Positions 38,801 through 50,915 of a DNA stretch of 64,000 nucleotides are shown here, one piece after another (within the stretch, counting starts at the first letter, position 1; each line of letters starts with the position of its first letter). The DNA lies in assembly GCA_004022145.1 (NCBI GenBank), contig RCNU01000007.1; one strand, written 5' to 3'. A model generated the notes under the pieces. The model was not told the DNA's origin and searched no databases. It worked only from the letters and a program-made list of their open reading frames with translations. The stretch comes from Paecilomyces variotii. Taxonomy: Eukaryota. The position numbers were made by a program, and so were the translations under genes.

Positions 38801-40924
38801 TTTTATAATAATAACTTAATTATAATATAATTTATAAAAAGATTAATAAATAATAATAAAGGCAATAAAAATAATTATCTTATTAAAGTTATTAAAAATA
38901 TTAATAATAATATATAAGGTAATAAAGTAGATTAAATCTAGCTGTAAGACTAGCTAGTAGAGATAAGAGATATAAAATAAGCCCTTATTCCTGCAATAAT
39001 AGCTATTAATACTTAAGTTATTATTAGACTTAATAATAAGCGCTGCTGCTATATATAACTATAATACTAAGATTATTTAAAACTTATATATATATTATAA
39101 CTATATCGCATATAGTGCCTATAATTATTAACTTATTTAAGCTATCTTTTAATAATCTATTACTAGCAGCTATTATAAATAATATTAGAAGATAAAGAGA
39201 TATAATAGTTATATTAAATATAATATTAGAGTATAGTTTAAGTAAATATAATAAATAATTAATAGGTAGACTTATATAAATACCCTATTATATATAACTA
39301 GGCCTTAAATATATATTTAATACAGCCTCTTTTAGCTAACAGATAATATAGATTATATAGATTATATAGATTATATTAATATATAGTACTGCTAGAAATT
39401 ATTAAAGATAATTTAAATAATCTTAAAAATATAAGCCTTATATTAGTATTAAGATAGCTAGAATAGCAATATATTAAAAAATTAAGATAAGATATATTAA
39501 AAATTTAAAGTAAAATATAATAGAGAAATAAGGCAAACTGCAATAATTTATCTTAGGATTAATATCTAGGAATAAGATAAGATAAAATAATCCTAGGGGC
39601 TAGAACTAATCTTATAAGAGATATTCTATCTATTATCTAAAGAGAATTATATAAATATTATAAAATCTTATTTTAATATCTTGCTAATATACCTTATTAC
39701 TCTAGAATTTATTATATAATTAGAATTAATTAACCCGCTATAGAGAATATAGCCTTAATCTCTAATACTTTTAATACTCCTAACCTAACTTTAAATATAT
39801 CTTTTTTTAGTAAAGTAACTAGGTAAAAATAATTATATTAATAGCCTATATAGTAATTAAAGATATTATCTTATTAATTAAATATATAACCCTAGTTAGA
39901 TCTTATTAGAGGTTATATATAGAAATATAAAAACTAATATAATAAGTATTCCCTTCTCTAGATATAGTTAACCTCTTACTAACTAATATAGCCTATTAAT
40001 AGCCTAAATATACCTTACCTCCTGCTAAACTAAATAAACTAAATAAATTAAATAAGATTAAAGACTTAGGGTATAAAGATAATAAAAGGTTATAGATAGA
40101 GGAATCTTAAATACTATTAAATATATCTTATTTTAATAATTATAATTATAGTAAGATATTTAATAATAATAATAATAATAATAATAGCACTTACTATATA
40201 CTAATACTAGCAGGTATTAATATTAAGCCTATTATTAAAGGTATAATAATTTATACCTAGATTAATAACTATAGGATAATAGTAGTTTTAGATAGTAGTA
40301 ATCTTCTTAAAATATTAAATATATTACAGTATAATAGCTATTAGGGCATTATTAAGGTATATTAATAATAGCACTATTAGCTCTAGGAGTATCTTATATC
40401 TCTAGTTTTATTTCTTAGCCAGTTAGCACTTTATAATTAGTTAGAACTTAAATTAATTAGTATAAGGGATTTAACCTAGATATTAATATTATACTGTAAT
40501 TTAGTATTATACAGTAATATATATATTTTAATATAGTAGGTGTAGTAGTAGTATTATAGGAAGATATATTAAGACTTAGCATAGAGTCTTTAAGCGAGTA
40601 GGTATTAAGAAGGAAGAGAAGGATATTTAGCTTTAGAGCTCAGAGTAGAGCTAGAGGAGAAGCTTTAGCTGTAAACTAACATAATAAACCAATAATAATC
40701 TGATGCTAAACTGATACTGAATAATAATAGAAAGATAAAGCTGATTATTTTATTCTAAATAACTGAAAGGTATCTCCTTTCTGTCCTTTGCTGCTTTACT
40801 TATAGACTTTTTAAAGACTTTAAGCAGAAGTATATAATCTCTTAACTAATTATATTCTTTATACCGATCCTCCCCACTATAGTAGTAGTACTGACTATAG
40901 ACATTTTTAATGTTTATATCTCTG

Positions 40925-41210
40925 GTTGTTATGCCTAACTATACTGGCTTAGCATATATATTTAGCTAATAAACAAAGCCGGAGGTTAGCGGGTCTAAGA
41001 GATTTTAATATTCATACCTTTAATTGCTATACCTAACTATACCAGCTTAGTATTAGCTTCTAGCTATTAAGAGGCCCTAAAAGTTAGTGGGTCTAAAAAG
41101 TTTTAATATTCTCATAGATAGTTATTCTATATAATTATACCAATTTAGCATTTACTATCAGCCAATAAAAAAACCTAAATCTTTACCGGCCTGAGGTATT
41201 TCTACACAAT
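40925..41210. repeat. About three degenerate 98-bp tandem repeats near the Helitron 5' end
   Basis: CCTAACTATAC at 40934 and 41032 with a related copy near 41130; GGGTCTAA..TTTTAATATTC at 40991 and 41089. Confidence 0.75.
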
Positions 41211-41754
41211 TAGTCGCTCTATATAGGCAGGTTCCACATCTCTAGGGATCTAATTAGCCTGAGGGGACTTAACGCTAAAGTTTTATAACATTTACTTAGA
41301 TATTCCACACCACGTCGGGTGCGCTAACTAGCAGACGTCTCGGAAGCATAAGCAGACCAATGGAAAATATAAGTACATGGAGGTTCAGTAATTATGCGCA
41401 TGATTATAAATGAGCACGACAATAGCCCCGCGCGTCTTGCCTCTTTTGTCTTCTATCTGCTTCGACTTGACGAGATGGGGTGAGGACCAGGGGAGATTGA
41501 CTGACTTCTTCCGAGTGGGAGGTGGCGTACTCCTGCGGCGGGACCGTACGGTCCGGGAGGGAGGAGATGCATATAATTATTATACCTGTCGCCAGCACGG
41601 TCATGATTTGGAACTTATCGACTGAGTCTGTACCTTTCAGAGTGTTGGTTAACCGAGCTTCATTTATCAAAGTGCTGCCTTCAAGTCTCTTTTTAAGGAA
41701 ACTTTGCGCTCCAAGACTTCCATCTGCTATTAGACTTATACATCACCTAGCAAT

Positions 41755-43002
41755 ATGGCCATCAAGAATGTTGCGATCATCGGAGTATGTTTTCCTGGTA
41801 GCTCTCTTTTTCAGTGAAGTTTTGAATTCATCCGGATTATTTTTCTAATCGTCAGCTTTCATTCATTTCTTGTGACTTGAATATCCGCTGAATATTCCCC
41901 ATGGAATAACCCTGCCTTGTTTATTGTCAAGTCACTATTTGATGCCAAACAATCACTAACAAGTCTGTGCAGGCCGGAGGAAACTTAGGGTATGCAGTGT
42001 CTCCATTTTCCAGAAAGCAGAACTCACAAGCCACCTCTTAGTTCCGGCCAAGGACCATACTAACATAGCATGACTTTCTTAGTCCTTCCATTGTCAAGAA
42101 CCTCACTTCATCCCCTCACAACTACAACGTCTCCGTTCTCTCCCGCCAAGAATCCAGCTACAAGGCTCCAGAGGGCGTCACCCTTATTAAAACTGACTAT
42201 AGCCCCGACTCCCTTGTTTCTGCTCTGAAGGGACAAGATGCAGTTGTCTCCGCTATTACGACCTCCGCCGTCCCTGAGCAGAAGAAGATCATCGATGCTG
42301 CTATTGCTGCTGGTGTGAAGCGATTCATCCCTTCAGAATTTGGATGCGATTCTAGCAACTCGGTCACTCTTCAGAGGGTCCCGCCGTTGAACTCCAAGAA
42401 CCAGATTCGGGAGTACTTGGAGAGCAAGCAGGACCAGATTGAATGGACCGCTATTTACACAGGTTCTTTCTTTGATTGGTATGTGTTCCATTCTGTATAA
42501 CCATATAAGAAAAGGAAGCCCTCTCGTTAGCGTTAAACTGACCAGTCTCACACACAGGGGCCTCAAAGTTGGCTTCCTCGGATGCAACCTCCCTGAAGCC
42601 ACCATGACCATCTTCCCGGCCCAAAAGGACGTCCTCTTCTCAACGTCGACTCTTGACTTCATTGGCAGAGCCATCGCACAGACTCTCTCGCCATCTATCG
42701 CCCCCAAGACCGCCAACCAGCGGCTGCGCGTGCGCAGCTTCACCACATCCCAGACCCAAATCCTCGCTGCTCTTGAAAAGGCTACCGGCAAGAAGTGGAC
42801 GGTCGCGGAGGCAGACCTTGATGCAAGCGTCAAGGATGCAGAGGAGAAACTGTCTAAATCCGACTTCAGCGGCGTGGGAATCCTGATTACTGGCGCGCTC
42901 CTTGATCCTAAGTGTGGGAATAACTTTGATTATAACCCGTCGAACGAGCTCCTGGAGCTGCCGACTGAAGATATCAATACTGTGGTTAAGTCTGTGTTGT
43001 AG
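41755..43002 (+). CDS. NmrA-like / isoflavone-reductase-family oxidoreductase
   Basis: Spliced MAIKNVAIIG|AGGNLG Rossmann motif, ALKGQDAVVS, AGVKRFIPSEFG and WTAIYTGSFFDW; GT-AG introns. Confidence 0.9.
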
Positions 43003-43212
43003 GTGGCTACCAATAAGCTTCATATCAACCCAATGAGCTATCAGGGACTGTCTCAATGTTCTCACACTTTCTGGGTATAAAGCCCACCCGGCCTGCTGAG
43101 TGACGCAGTGCCTTATTATTTGATAATTCTATCTACTTGATTCTTATTTCACAACAATCAGATATTCATTCTTCAATCGTTCTCACCTTCTCAGAAGCAT
43201 CTTAGATTGATA

Positions 43213-44508
43213 ATGGGATTACGTCTTTATCTTGCCGGTAAGTCATCCTTGCGAGGTAATTATTTCAGGGTCTTGCCGCGAAATCCGTAGAGTTCTATAT
43301 ACAACTACGGCTGTCTCAATTGACTTAGTCGTATTAGTAGGCAGGGACTGAGCTTTGATTTTGGACGAGGTAGCTGGACGCGTTGCGACGTATCTTTTCA
43401 TTTATCTTTCACATTGAAATCAAGTGCTCCATGACCGCCAGCCAAGTCACTACTACAGTACTGTCACTTCTCCTATCACTTCGCAAAACTGTCACCACGC
43501 TCTATCTTTAATCACTACTATTACCAACCCGTTGCGAGATTCTGATATCGCCGCTCCCTTCGGTGCTACTATCATTATCAAGATTGTTTTCTTGATTTCG
43601 ACTGTGCCGCTCATCCAGACTCCACTGCTCATCACGATTGTGTTGTTGATCTCGACTGCGCTCGTCAACACGGTGAATGCAGGAGATGTGGCCAGCCTAT
43701 TCAACGTCTCTGTCAACGATGTCCAGGAACTGAGAGAGTATATTGGCATATTCATCGACGGCAGCGAGCTTTGCAGAACCCATTTATCCCGTCGCGATGG
43801 AGTCAGGCTCGAACATTTCATAGAAGAGAAGCTTGCTGAGAACACAACTCTCCCAGATGCATTTCGTATCAAGCGTGATCATCAAAATTTTCCCAGGCTT
43901 GTAGCTCTCGTCAAGCAGAAGATCACGGAAAAATGCCGCCAACGCGCCAAACGCAACAGTCGCGCTCACTCGGATACCTGTATCAGTGCCCTGGCAACAA
44001 TTGGCCTTCGGTTCTCTGACGATAAACAGAGTAAAGACTATGGTCTTTGCGCTTTCCGCGATCTCATGAAGGACGACATTACACCAACGGGGGATACAAT
44101 CAGGGTTGAAGATTTTGACTACCAGAAGTTTCTGCAGAGAGTCAACTCCACAGCAGTAGCGACAAGGACAGGCGATGGCGAATCTAAGATCGTGTATAAG
44201 GATCGCAACGGCTCCGCTGCAATCATTGATGAGATCTCATGGGCGGCTGCCATCATGCAACTTCTTCAGGACGCGACTTCTGCTAAACATCGATTCGTCT
44301 TCCATCTGGAACGGAAAGGTATGTACATCTCCTCTGTTTACTTGGAAAGGCTATTTACCTGACAGACCCTCTAGTGCAAGATATCTCTGCAGCCCCACAA
44401 CCGGATGGCGCAGACCGCCGCAATACCCGACGACTTTCCTCTGCTTCTATAAAATCAGAGCCTGATACAGCATCTCCGCAAAAGAGGCGGCGTCTGGATT
44501 CCGACTAG
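43213..44508 (+). CDS. Hypothetical protein with an N-terminal hydrophobic stretch and a C-terminal NLS-like PQKRRRL
   Basis: Putative exons 43213-43237, 43425-44318 and 44366-44508 splice in frame using GTAAGT and GTATGT donors. No family recognised; exon 1 is uncertain. Confidence 0.55.
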
Positions 44509-45211
44509 GTCTGGAGAAGGCAGAAAGAAAAGTTTCTGATCCCTATTCCCTGTTCCTTGCGATTTGTTCCCTTTCGGTTTGATTAATTTTTTTGCGACTT
44601 CGTCTCATATTCATGTTCATATTCACATACTCTGTTTACAGTTTTAATCCCTGTCGAATAAACCAGCCTCGAAGTTATTCGAATCCGTCATCATTAAGGA
44701 ATGACATAGCTGGTCGGGAGATTGATAGTCTGTTATTAGCTAAAACATGAGATTTCTGTCACAATACAATTCCAACTTGATGTGCAACAGTAGCTGTGCC
44801 GATTAAGCAGCAGAGCGTTGTAGATCGCGGGGTAACTAGATAGCCAGTCCCGATATGGAAAGAACCTCGGTCGGCCTGTCGGCGCGGAACAACGGCCAAC
44901 CCGGAAGCCGGGGAAAGAAAATCAACGCCGGCAGAATCGAAGATGCTCCGAACTACGCAGCATATACCAGCACGTCAAGGCCCGCTTTCTTTATAAGAAC
45001 ACCTTGAGGCACTGGCTGCCGCACACAATGGATCTCTTCTCCTTAATATCAATATCCGTTTCCTTTTTCCATCCACTACAGCCACCCGCGGAGTGATTGC
45101 CACTCAAGGCACCCTAAGGCGCCCACGAGATCTAGATACGATCTCGATACTCCGCATTCAAGTGAATACTCATAGAAATACCAGTTTGCCGAACAGACGA
45201 CCCTCGACATC

Positions 45212-46333
45212 ATGGCTTCCAAAGCTGCGGCACAACTGAGGTTGCCGGTACGGCCTCTCATCAAGAACATGGCAGTAATTAATCGTTTTTCTTCGATCAA
45301 TTGCTTGTCGACGCCGGCTTTCCTTCGTACCCCGCCTTTGTCTTCTTCAGCTCCCTTCGTACGACACAGCTCCCACTCTCCACTGGGTACCCCGTCCCCA
45401 AATCCAAGAAAGAAGGTCACCATAAACACTATTCAGAATCTTTACAAGAAGGGCGAGCCAATCACGATGCTCACAGCACATGATTTCCCAAGCGGGCACG
45501 TTGCTGACGCCGCCGGCATGGACATGATCCTGGTGGGGGATAGTTTGGCCATGGTGGCTTTGGGCATGGAAGACACGAGTGAGATCTTGATGGATGAGAT
45601 GCTTCTGCACTGCAGAAGTGTCTCCAGAGCGGCCAAGGCCGCGTTCACCGTATGACCCCTTGCCCCTCACTGCTGGATTTCTGTCAATGTAGCTAACGCA
45701 ACTCCGTACCAATAGGTCGCGGATCTTCCTATGGGATCGTACGAGGTATCCCCCGAGCAGGCTCTCCAGTCAGCCATTCGCATTATAAAAGAAGGCCGTG
45801 TGCAGGGTGTCAAGCTTGAAGGCGGGGCGGAGATGGCCCCGACGATCAAGCGTATCACCCAGGCCGGAATCCCGGTCGTGGGGCACATTGGCTTGACGCC
45901 GCAGCGCCAGAATGCTCTCGGAGGATTCAGAGTGCAGGGGAAGTCAGTGGCTGGAGCATTGAAGCTTCTCGAGGATGCGCTTGCTATCCAGGAAGCTGGA
46001 GCATTCATCATGGTTCTCGAGGCAGTGCCCGCTGAGGTCGCAACTATTGTCACGAAGAAGTTGCGCGTCCCTACCATTGGTATCGGTGCAGGTAACGGCT
46101 GTTCCGGCCAAGTCCTTGTGCAGATAGACATGTCTGGCAACTTCCCGCCCGGCCGCTTTCTGCCCAAGTTTGTCAAACAATATGCCGACGTCTGGGGCGA
46201 GGCCATCAGAGGTATCAAGCAGTACCGGGAGGAAGTCAAGTCACGTGCGTACCCCTCGCAGGAATACACTTATCCTATCCCCAAAGAGGAGCTTGCAGAG
46301 TTTGAAAAGCTCGTTTCCGAACGGGAACAATAG
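45212..46333 (+). CDS. panB: 3-methyl-2-oxobutanoate (ketopantoate) hydroxymethyltransferase, mitochondrial
   Basis: ITMLTAHD, ILVGDSLAMV, DLPMGSY, VKLEGG, GHIGLTPQ and TIGIGAGNGCSGQVLV; intron at about 45650-45716. Confidence 0.95.
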
Positions 46334-46641
46334 CGATGTCGATTTCACTCTGCAGGTAATATACACACTGATGATTCATGCGACCGTTTCTTGTTTTATT
46401 CCTGCGAGCATCACGATCATGACAAGCGCTACCACCTGCTGTCAGCCGTCAGTTCACATCATATGTGATACCCTGGCGCTCCGTGATACCAATATTAGTC
46501 GATGACCTCAATCGCGCAGACAAGGCATGGTTTGATGGAGCACCATCCTATGTAAATAGTATTTGTCTTTTTGTCCAAGTCATCAGCATGATGGCGTGAC
46601 CTGAGTTGAGGCAGACGAGAGTCGTTCTTCCAAAAGTTGCT

Positions 46642-47689
46642 TCATCCAAACGCTGGCGTCATGGAGTATGCAACTATCAGTTGGTCATCTGTCTTGAAGC
46701 ACTGCAGTTTACATTCTGTTAATTTGTATCGATAAAAAATGATATTGTTACTTACCCTCCAGAGACCACCTACGCCTTCATCTAGCCCCGGCGCGAAGAC
46801 ACTGTTCACGTAACAGAAAACAGAATCGGTATCTTTGCAGTCTAGTTTCTTTCGAAGAAACTTCACCACAGTTTCGAACTTTTGAGAAGCACTAATCTTG
46901 AAGACCCTGTTCTTCAGAATAGGTGCTGAGGGCAGCGGCTGGAAACGAACGGTCACTGGAGATTTCCTTGATGTCAGAGACTTTCAAACTCATCAATCAC
47001 ATATTATATCGAAAGTGATAGAATGCGAGTACAGTAGGAACAACTGTTAGGCTAGTGCTGATGACGCAAAAAGTATGGGTATGGCGGGACATCCTCATCC
47101 TGAAACGGTCACGACAGAAGGGCCACATGATAATGAAAAACGACAAAGTAGACAACGAAGCTTATACATAAATAGCAAAAAGAAAAGAAAACATAGGGAG
47201 AAAGAAGTAGTAAAGTAAAAAGTCTCTATGTCTCGTGTTTCGAGAAAGTGCAGGATCTTTTTATCTTTCGAAACATTGGCATCTCGCCATAGCTTTTCGA
47301 GCTCGGGGACGGCAAGAAAACAAACCAGAATGCCTCAATGCCAAAAAAAAGATAGATTAAAACCAGGAACCCAACAAATATAATACCCTCAAAATACAAT
47401 AAAAGTTAAAGAAACAAAACATACCTTTCCCCGTATCCAAAGCCTCCACATCCGCAAGAGCCTGATGAGCGTCACGTGGGAGACCCGTCAAGACGACCGA
47501 CGCAGACATCGTCAGCGGCAAATCCGCACCATGCTCATCGTCTGGGATAGGAGTAGTTCCAGCATTGGTAGCACCCTCGTTACTGGGTGTTCCGCTTCTG
47601 GGTCTGCGCGCGAGACCTGCTCCGGTGCCTGAACTGGACGGATTAGGTGAGTTGCGAGCGGAGCGATCTGGGGAGGGGGAGGGCTCCAT
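46642..47689 (-). CDS. atg12: Ubiquitin-like autophagy protein Atg12
   Basis: Exon 47689-47425, intron 47424-46956, then [29 protein letters not shown], a short intron, and C-terminal YSMTPAFG. Confidence 0.95.
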
Positions 47690-48399
47690 GGTTTCGATGG
47701 ATAGATTTTCGTGTCTTTCCAGAAGGGTTTTGGGTGTGTTATTAAGTGATATGTCTAGGGGGAGTTCAGAGCGTAGGATGATAGTGGGATTTGATATTGG
47801 ATTAAGATGTTTTATTGCTGGTCTCTGACGGGTGGAAAGATAGCGAGGTAAATTAGTTACATACTTAGAAAGGGCGGGGTGCTTAAGTACCTAAGTACCT
47901 AGTAGGCAGCGGAAGACAGCCTCCAGCTCCGATCCACTTGATCCGAAACAATCAACGCATTGAAAAGGGCCAGACTTGGTATAAATATGTCATGTAGAAA
48001 ACGAAGAAATAATTTCATGTCTAGCCATATTGAGCATTTACTATTTCGATCCACTAAATTTCAAGCGATCATACTATCATACTATTCATACAACTTGTTG
48101 TTGGACTCTTTCGAATCTCATAAAGGAACATGCCTCGTTCTCTAGATGGCTGAACAGTGCGAGCAACGTGGAAAATTGCTTACCATAGGAAGCTCTGGCA
48201 TTCGGACGACGATACACGCTCTGATTGTGCACTGGAGAGCTCAGATAACTGTTCAGGGCGTGTCGCTGACGGAAGTTACGATAGCAGATATAACACTCCC
48301 AGAAAGGACTGTTGAACGCGCGATCGGTAGCAGAGAACTCGGTAATATCCTGATATCCACCTAATCTGCTTGATGATAATGATACCTAATGGGTCATAC

Positions 48400-48712
48400 T
48401 GGCGTACCATGCCGGAGGCATGGTAAATCTGGGCGATTGCAGCATGCGTTTGGAGAAGAACATGGCTAGGAAGCTCAGTATTGTTGCCGTGTGGCCTTGT
48501 GAAACGAACATATTCCGGGCGGCCATCCTCAGGGTGACTGAGAGCATGAGGCAGGAGATACAGACAAGTCTTGATCTTATATACGTTCTCCTCATCCTGG
48601 TTTAGTAAGCATAAATTCTCTTCATGTACTTTGGGTATATACTGACAGTGCTTTCGAGAGCAAGTTTGAATCGGCCGAATTGATCGTTTAGGAATAGGAG
48701 TTGCGGTCATTG
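48400..48712 (-). pseudogene. Fragment of a fungal HNH endonuclease (HNH_2-type) gene
   Basis: NDQFGRFKLALEST, an intron, then DEENVYKIKT..LPSHVLLQTHAAIAQIYHASG. Frameshifted near 48695 and missing the N-terminus. Confidence 0.6.
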
Positions 48713-49817
48713 AATTCCGGGTTCATTTATCCAATCTGCCTTCATGACATCCTGTGTAGCTATGGGAACTCCATACCGCTCGACCGAAAAGGAGAACTCC
48801 TTTATGGTCTCCCCGGCTCTAACATTAGCTATATTATAAAATGGCATGATAAAATGAAGGACGAACTTGCGGGGACCGAGGATTGCAGTGAATAAACGGT
48901 GAGCAAGATTAGAGAGAGAACATTAATCAATTTTCTGGGTGATACAACAGCAAAAAGTTTGTTTTCCACCAAATGGTAGGTGATCTAACAAACTCTCAAT
49001 GATCTTCAGTCCTTATTGGATAGAAGACAGTATCCGGTCAGTTTTTCTCGTGCATCTATCTCCTCGATATACAGAGCTTCTGGATTAGAGGACAGAGAGG
49101 ATAGACACCCACTCAGATCACTTAAGGCCTGAGTGAGCTGAGAGTCTGTCATGACGAGAAATGTAGAAAGAGCTCATATCTAGATAGAAATGAGATGGCT
49201 CGAACCTTTGGGGGCCACCTGGTTGTCGGAGTTGTCGCGCAGCCCAACTTTGGTGAATGTCGGAGTGAAGTGTTCCACGATCCCGTTCTTGCTCATTTAG
49301 GTAGCTAGCAATATTAATGATAGCTTGAAAGAGAACTCGCCGGATCTAGGAGGTTCCAATTGGAATGAGGCGGTTAAGACTTGAAGCTCTCCGGGCGAGA
49401 AGGCCAGGCAAAGGGGCCGCTGAAGCCTGGTTGGCTTCAATAATCGGCGGGGCACCTGACCCGCTGATCCGTGACCGGCGTCTCCAATTCTAGCCTGCCA
49501 TATCATCATCGCCGCCGCTGCCACTCCTGCCAACCTCTCCTTCTCTCGCCTGATTATACCACGCTTCGTCCATAAGTGTTTGCTGCCCTTCTCGCAACTT
49601 TACCTCTGAAATATTTAAGCCCTGCTGCTGTCAGGGTTCTCTCTGCCTGTTGCAACCGACATACTTCTCTAACTGCCCCGCTCTGCCCGCCGATACTTTA
49701 GGTGTGCACCGAGCTTATCAGTCCCCTCATTTCAGCACGCACTCGCTTTCAGAGTCTTTTAGCTCTTCTTAAAGCAGATAGTTCAATACTGCACCGAACA
49801 GCCTCACATATTTCAAG

Positions 49818-50915
49818 ATGAGCAGCCCCAAGCGCAGAATCGAGACCGATGTAAGTGGCTGTGACACTTTAGGGCGCAACAGATCTATGGCATTTCTATG
49901 GAGTTGAAAGCTGACCTGGGGTTCTTTTTCGCATTCATTTAGGTCATGAAGTAAGTCTTTAACCTGATTTATACAAATGTGCTCTGTGGTTTAGCTAACA
50001 TGGAACTTAGGATGTACGTTAATCCTTTGCCACCGCCTTTCCCTCCGTCTGCCTCGTCCGACGGCTCAATCCACATTATCTTGGGAAATGAAAGGATATT
50101 GATGATATAAATTCTCAGGTTGATGAGTGACTACGAGGTTACTCTAGTGAATGATAACAGTCAGTACTTGTGATTTCCCTATGGCTGGTATTCTCTGTCG
50201 CTGACTACGCTCCCAGTGTACGTCAAAATTGATTTTCCAGGGGTTACTTCTGTATTTGATGTTCATACAGCCTCTCCACAGGCAAGAATTCTACGTTCGT
50301 TTCAAGGGACCTGAAGAAAGTAGGTGCCAAGCCTTGTGATCCAATAGTCCGCATTACTGACCATGCTGTAGCGCCATTCGCTGGTGGTCTCTGGAAGATC
50401 CATGTAGAGCTGCCCGATCAATACCCATACAAGAGTCCAAGCATTGGATTCGTCAACCGTATATTCCACCCGAACATTGACGAACTGTGAGATTCCGTGG
50501 AGTGGCTTTGTATGCGAAACAGGATTAACTTGACTCCATTAGTTCCGGCTCCGTCTGCCTCGATGTTATCAACCAAACTTGGTCTCCTATGTACGATATG
50601 ATCAACATCTTCGAAGTCTTTCTTCCGCAGCTTTTGCGTTACCCCAACCCTTCCGATCCCCTGAACGGCGAGGCGGCGGCCATGCTCATGAGAGAACCCA
50701 AGAGTTATGACGCTAAAGTCCGAGGTAGGTGGTTGTTGACGCTTCGCTTGGAATGCTATCTAACCAGGATGCTCTCAGAATATGTGGCGAAGTATGCCAG
50801 CAAAGAAGCTGCGGACGAGGCTGGGGAGGACACCGAGTCGGAAGACGAAATGAGTTCAGTTGGCAGCTACGAGTCTGGCGGCGAAGAGCCTGCTGGTGAG
50901 ATGGATGACGTCTGA
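49818..50915 (+). CDS. ubc8: Ubiquitin-conjugating enzyme E2, Ubc8/UBE2H type, nine exons
   Basis: Exons 49818-49850, 49943-49950, 50011-50013, 50119-50159, 50217, 50282-50319, 50372-50486, 50543-50724 and 50779-50915 give [50 protein letters not shown] and an acidic tail. Confidence 0.93.

Larger units (their letters stand above)
31748..41300 (-). mobile_element. Full-length Helitron (about 9.55 kb), inactivated by RIP
   Basis: Extreme AT/TpA enrichment. The minus-strand 3' end is hairpin CGCGCC-TCT-GGCGCG, 9 nt, CTTG, then T. A probable 5' TC at 41300-41299 is preceded by A, giving an A^T target. An internal RepHel relic is present. The right boundary is less certain than the left. Confidence 0.88.

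Noticed and set aside
40925-41210. Ankyrin-repeat coding relic
   Set aside because: The period is 98 rather than 99 bp and no ankyrin consensus is recoverable.
31748-41300. Starship (DUF3435 captain), LTR retrotransposon or centromere as the explanation of the AT-rich block
   Set aside because: I saw no LTRs and no RT or tyrosine-recombinase motifs. RepHel motifs and Helitron-type termini account for the block.
47055-47105. TGATGA..CTGA box C/D-like pair in the atg12 intron
   Set aside because: It is antisense to the host transcript, short, and has no recognisable guide.
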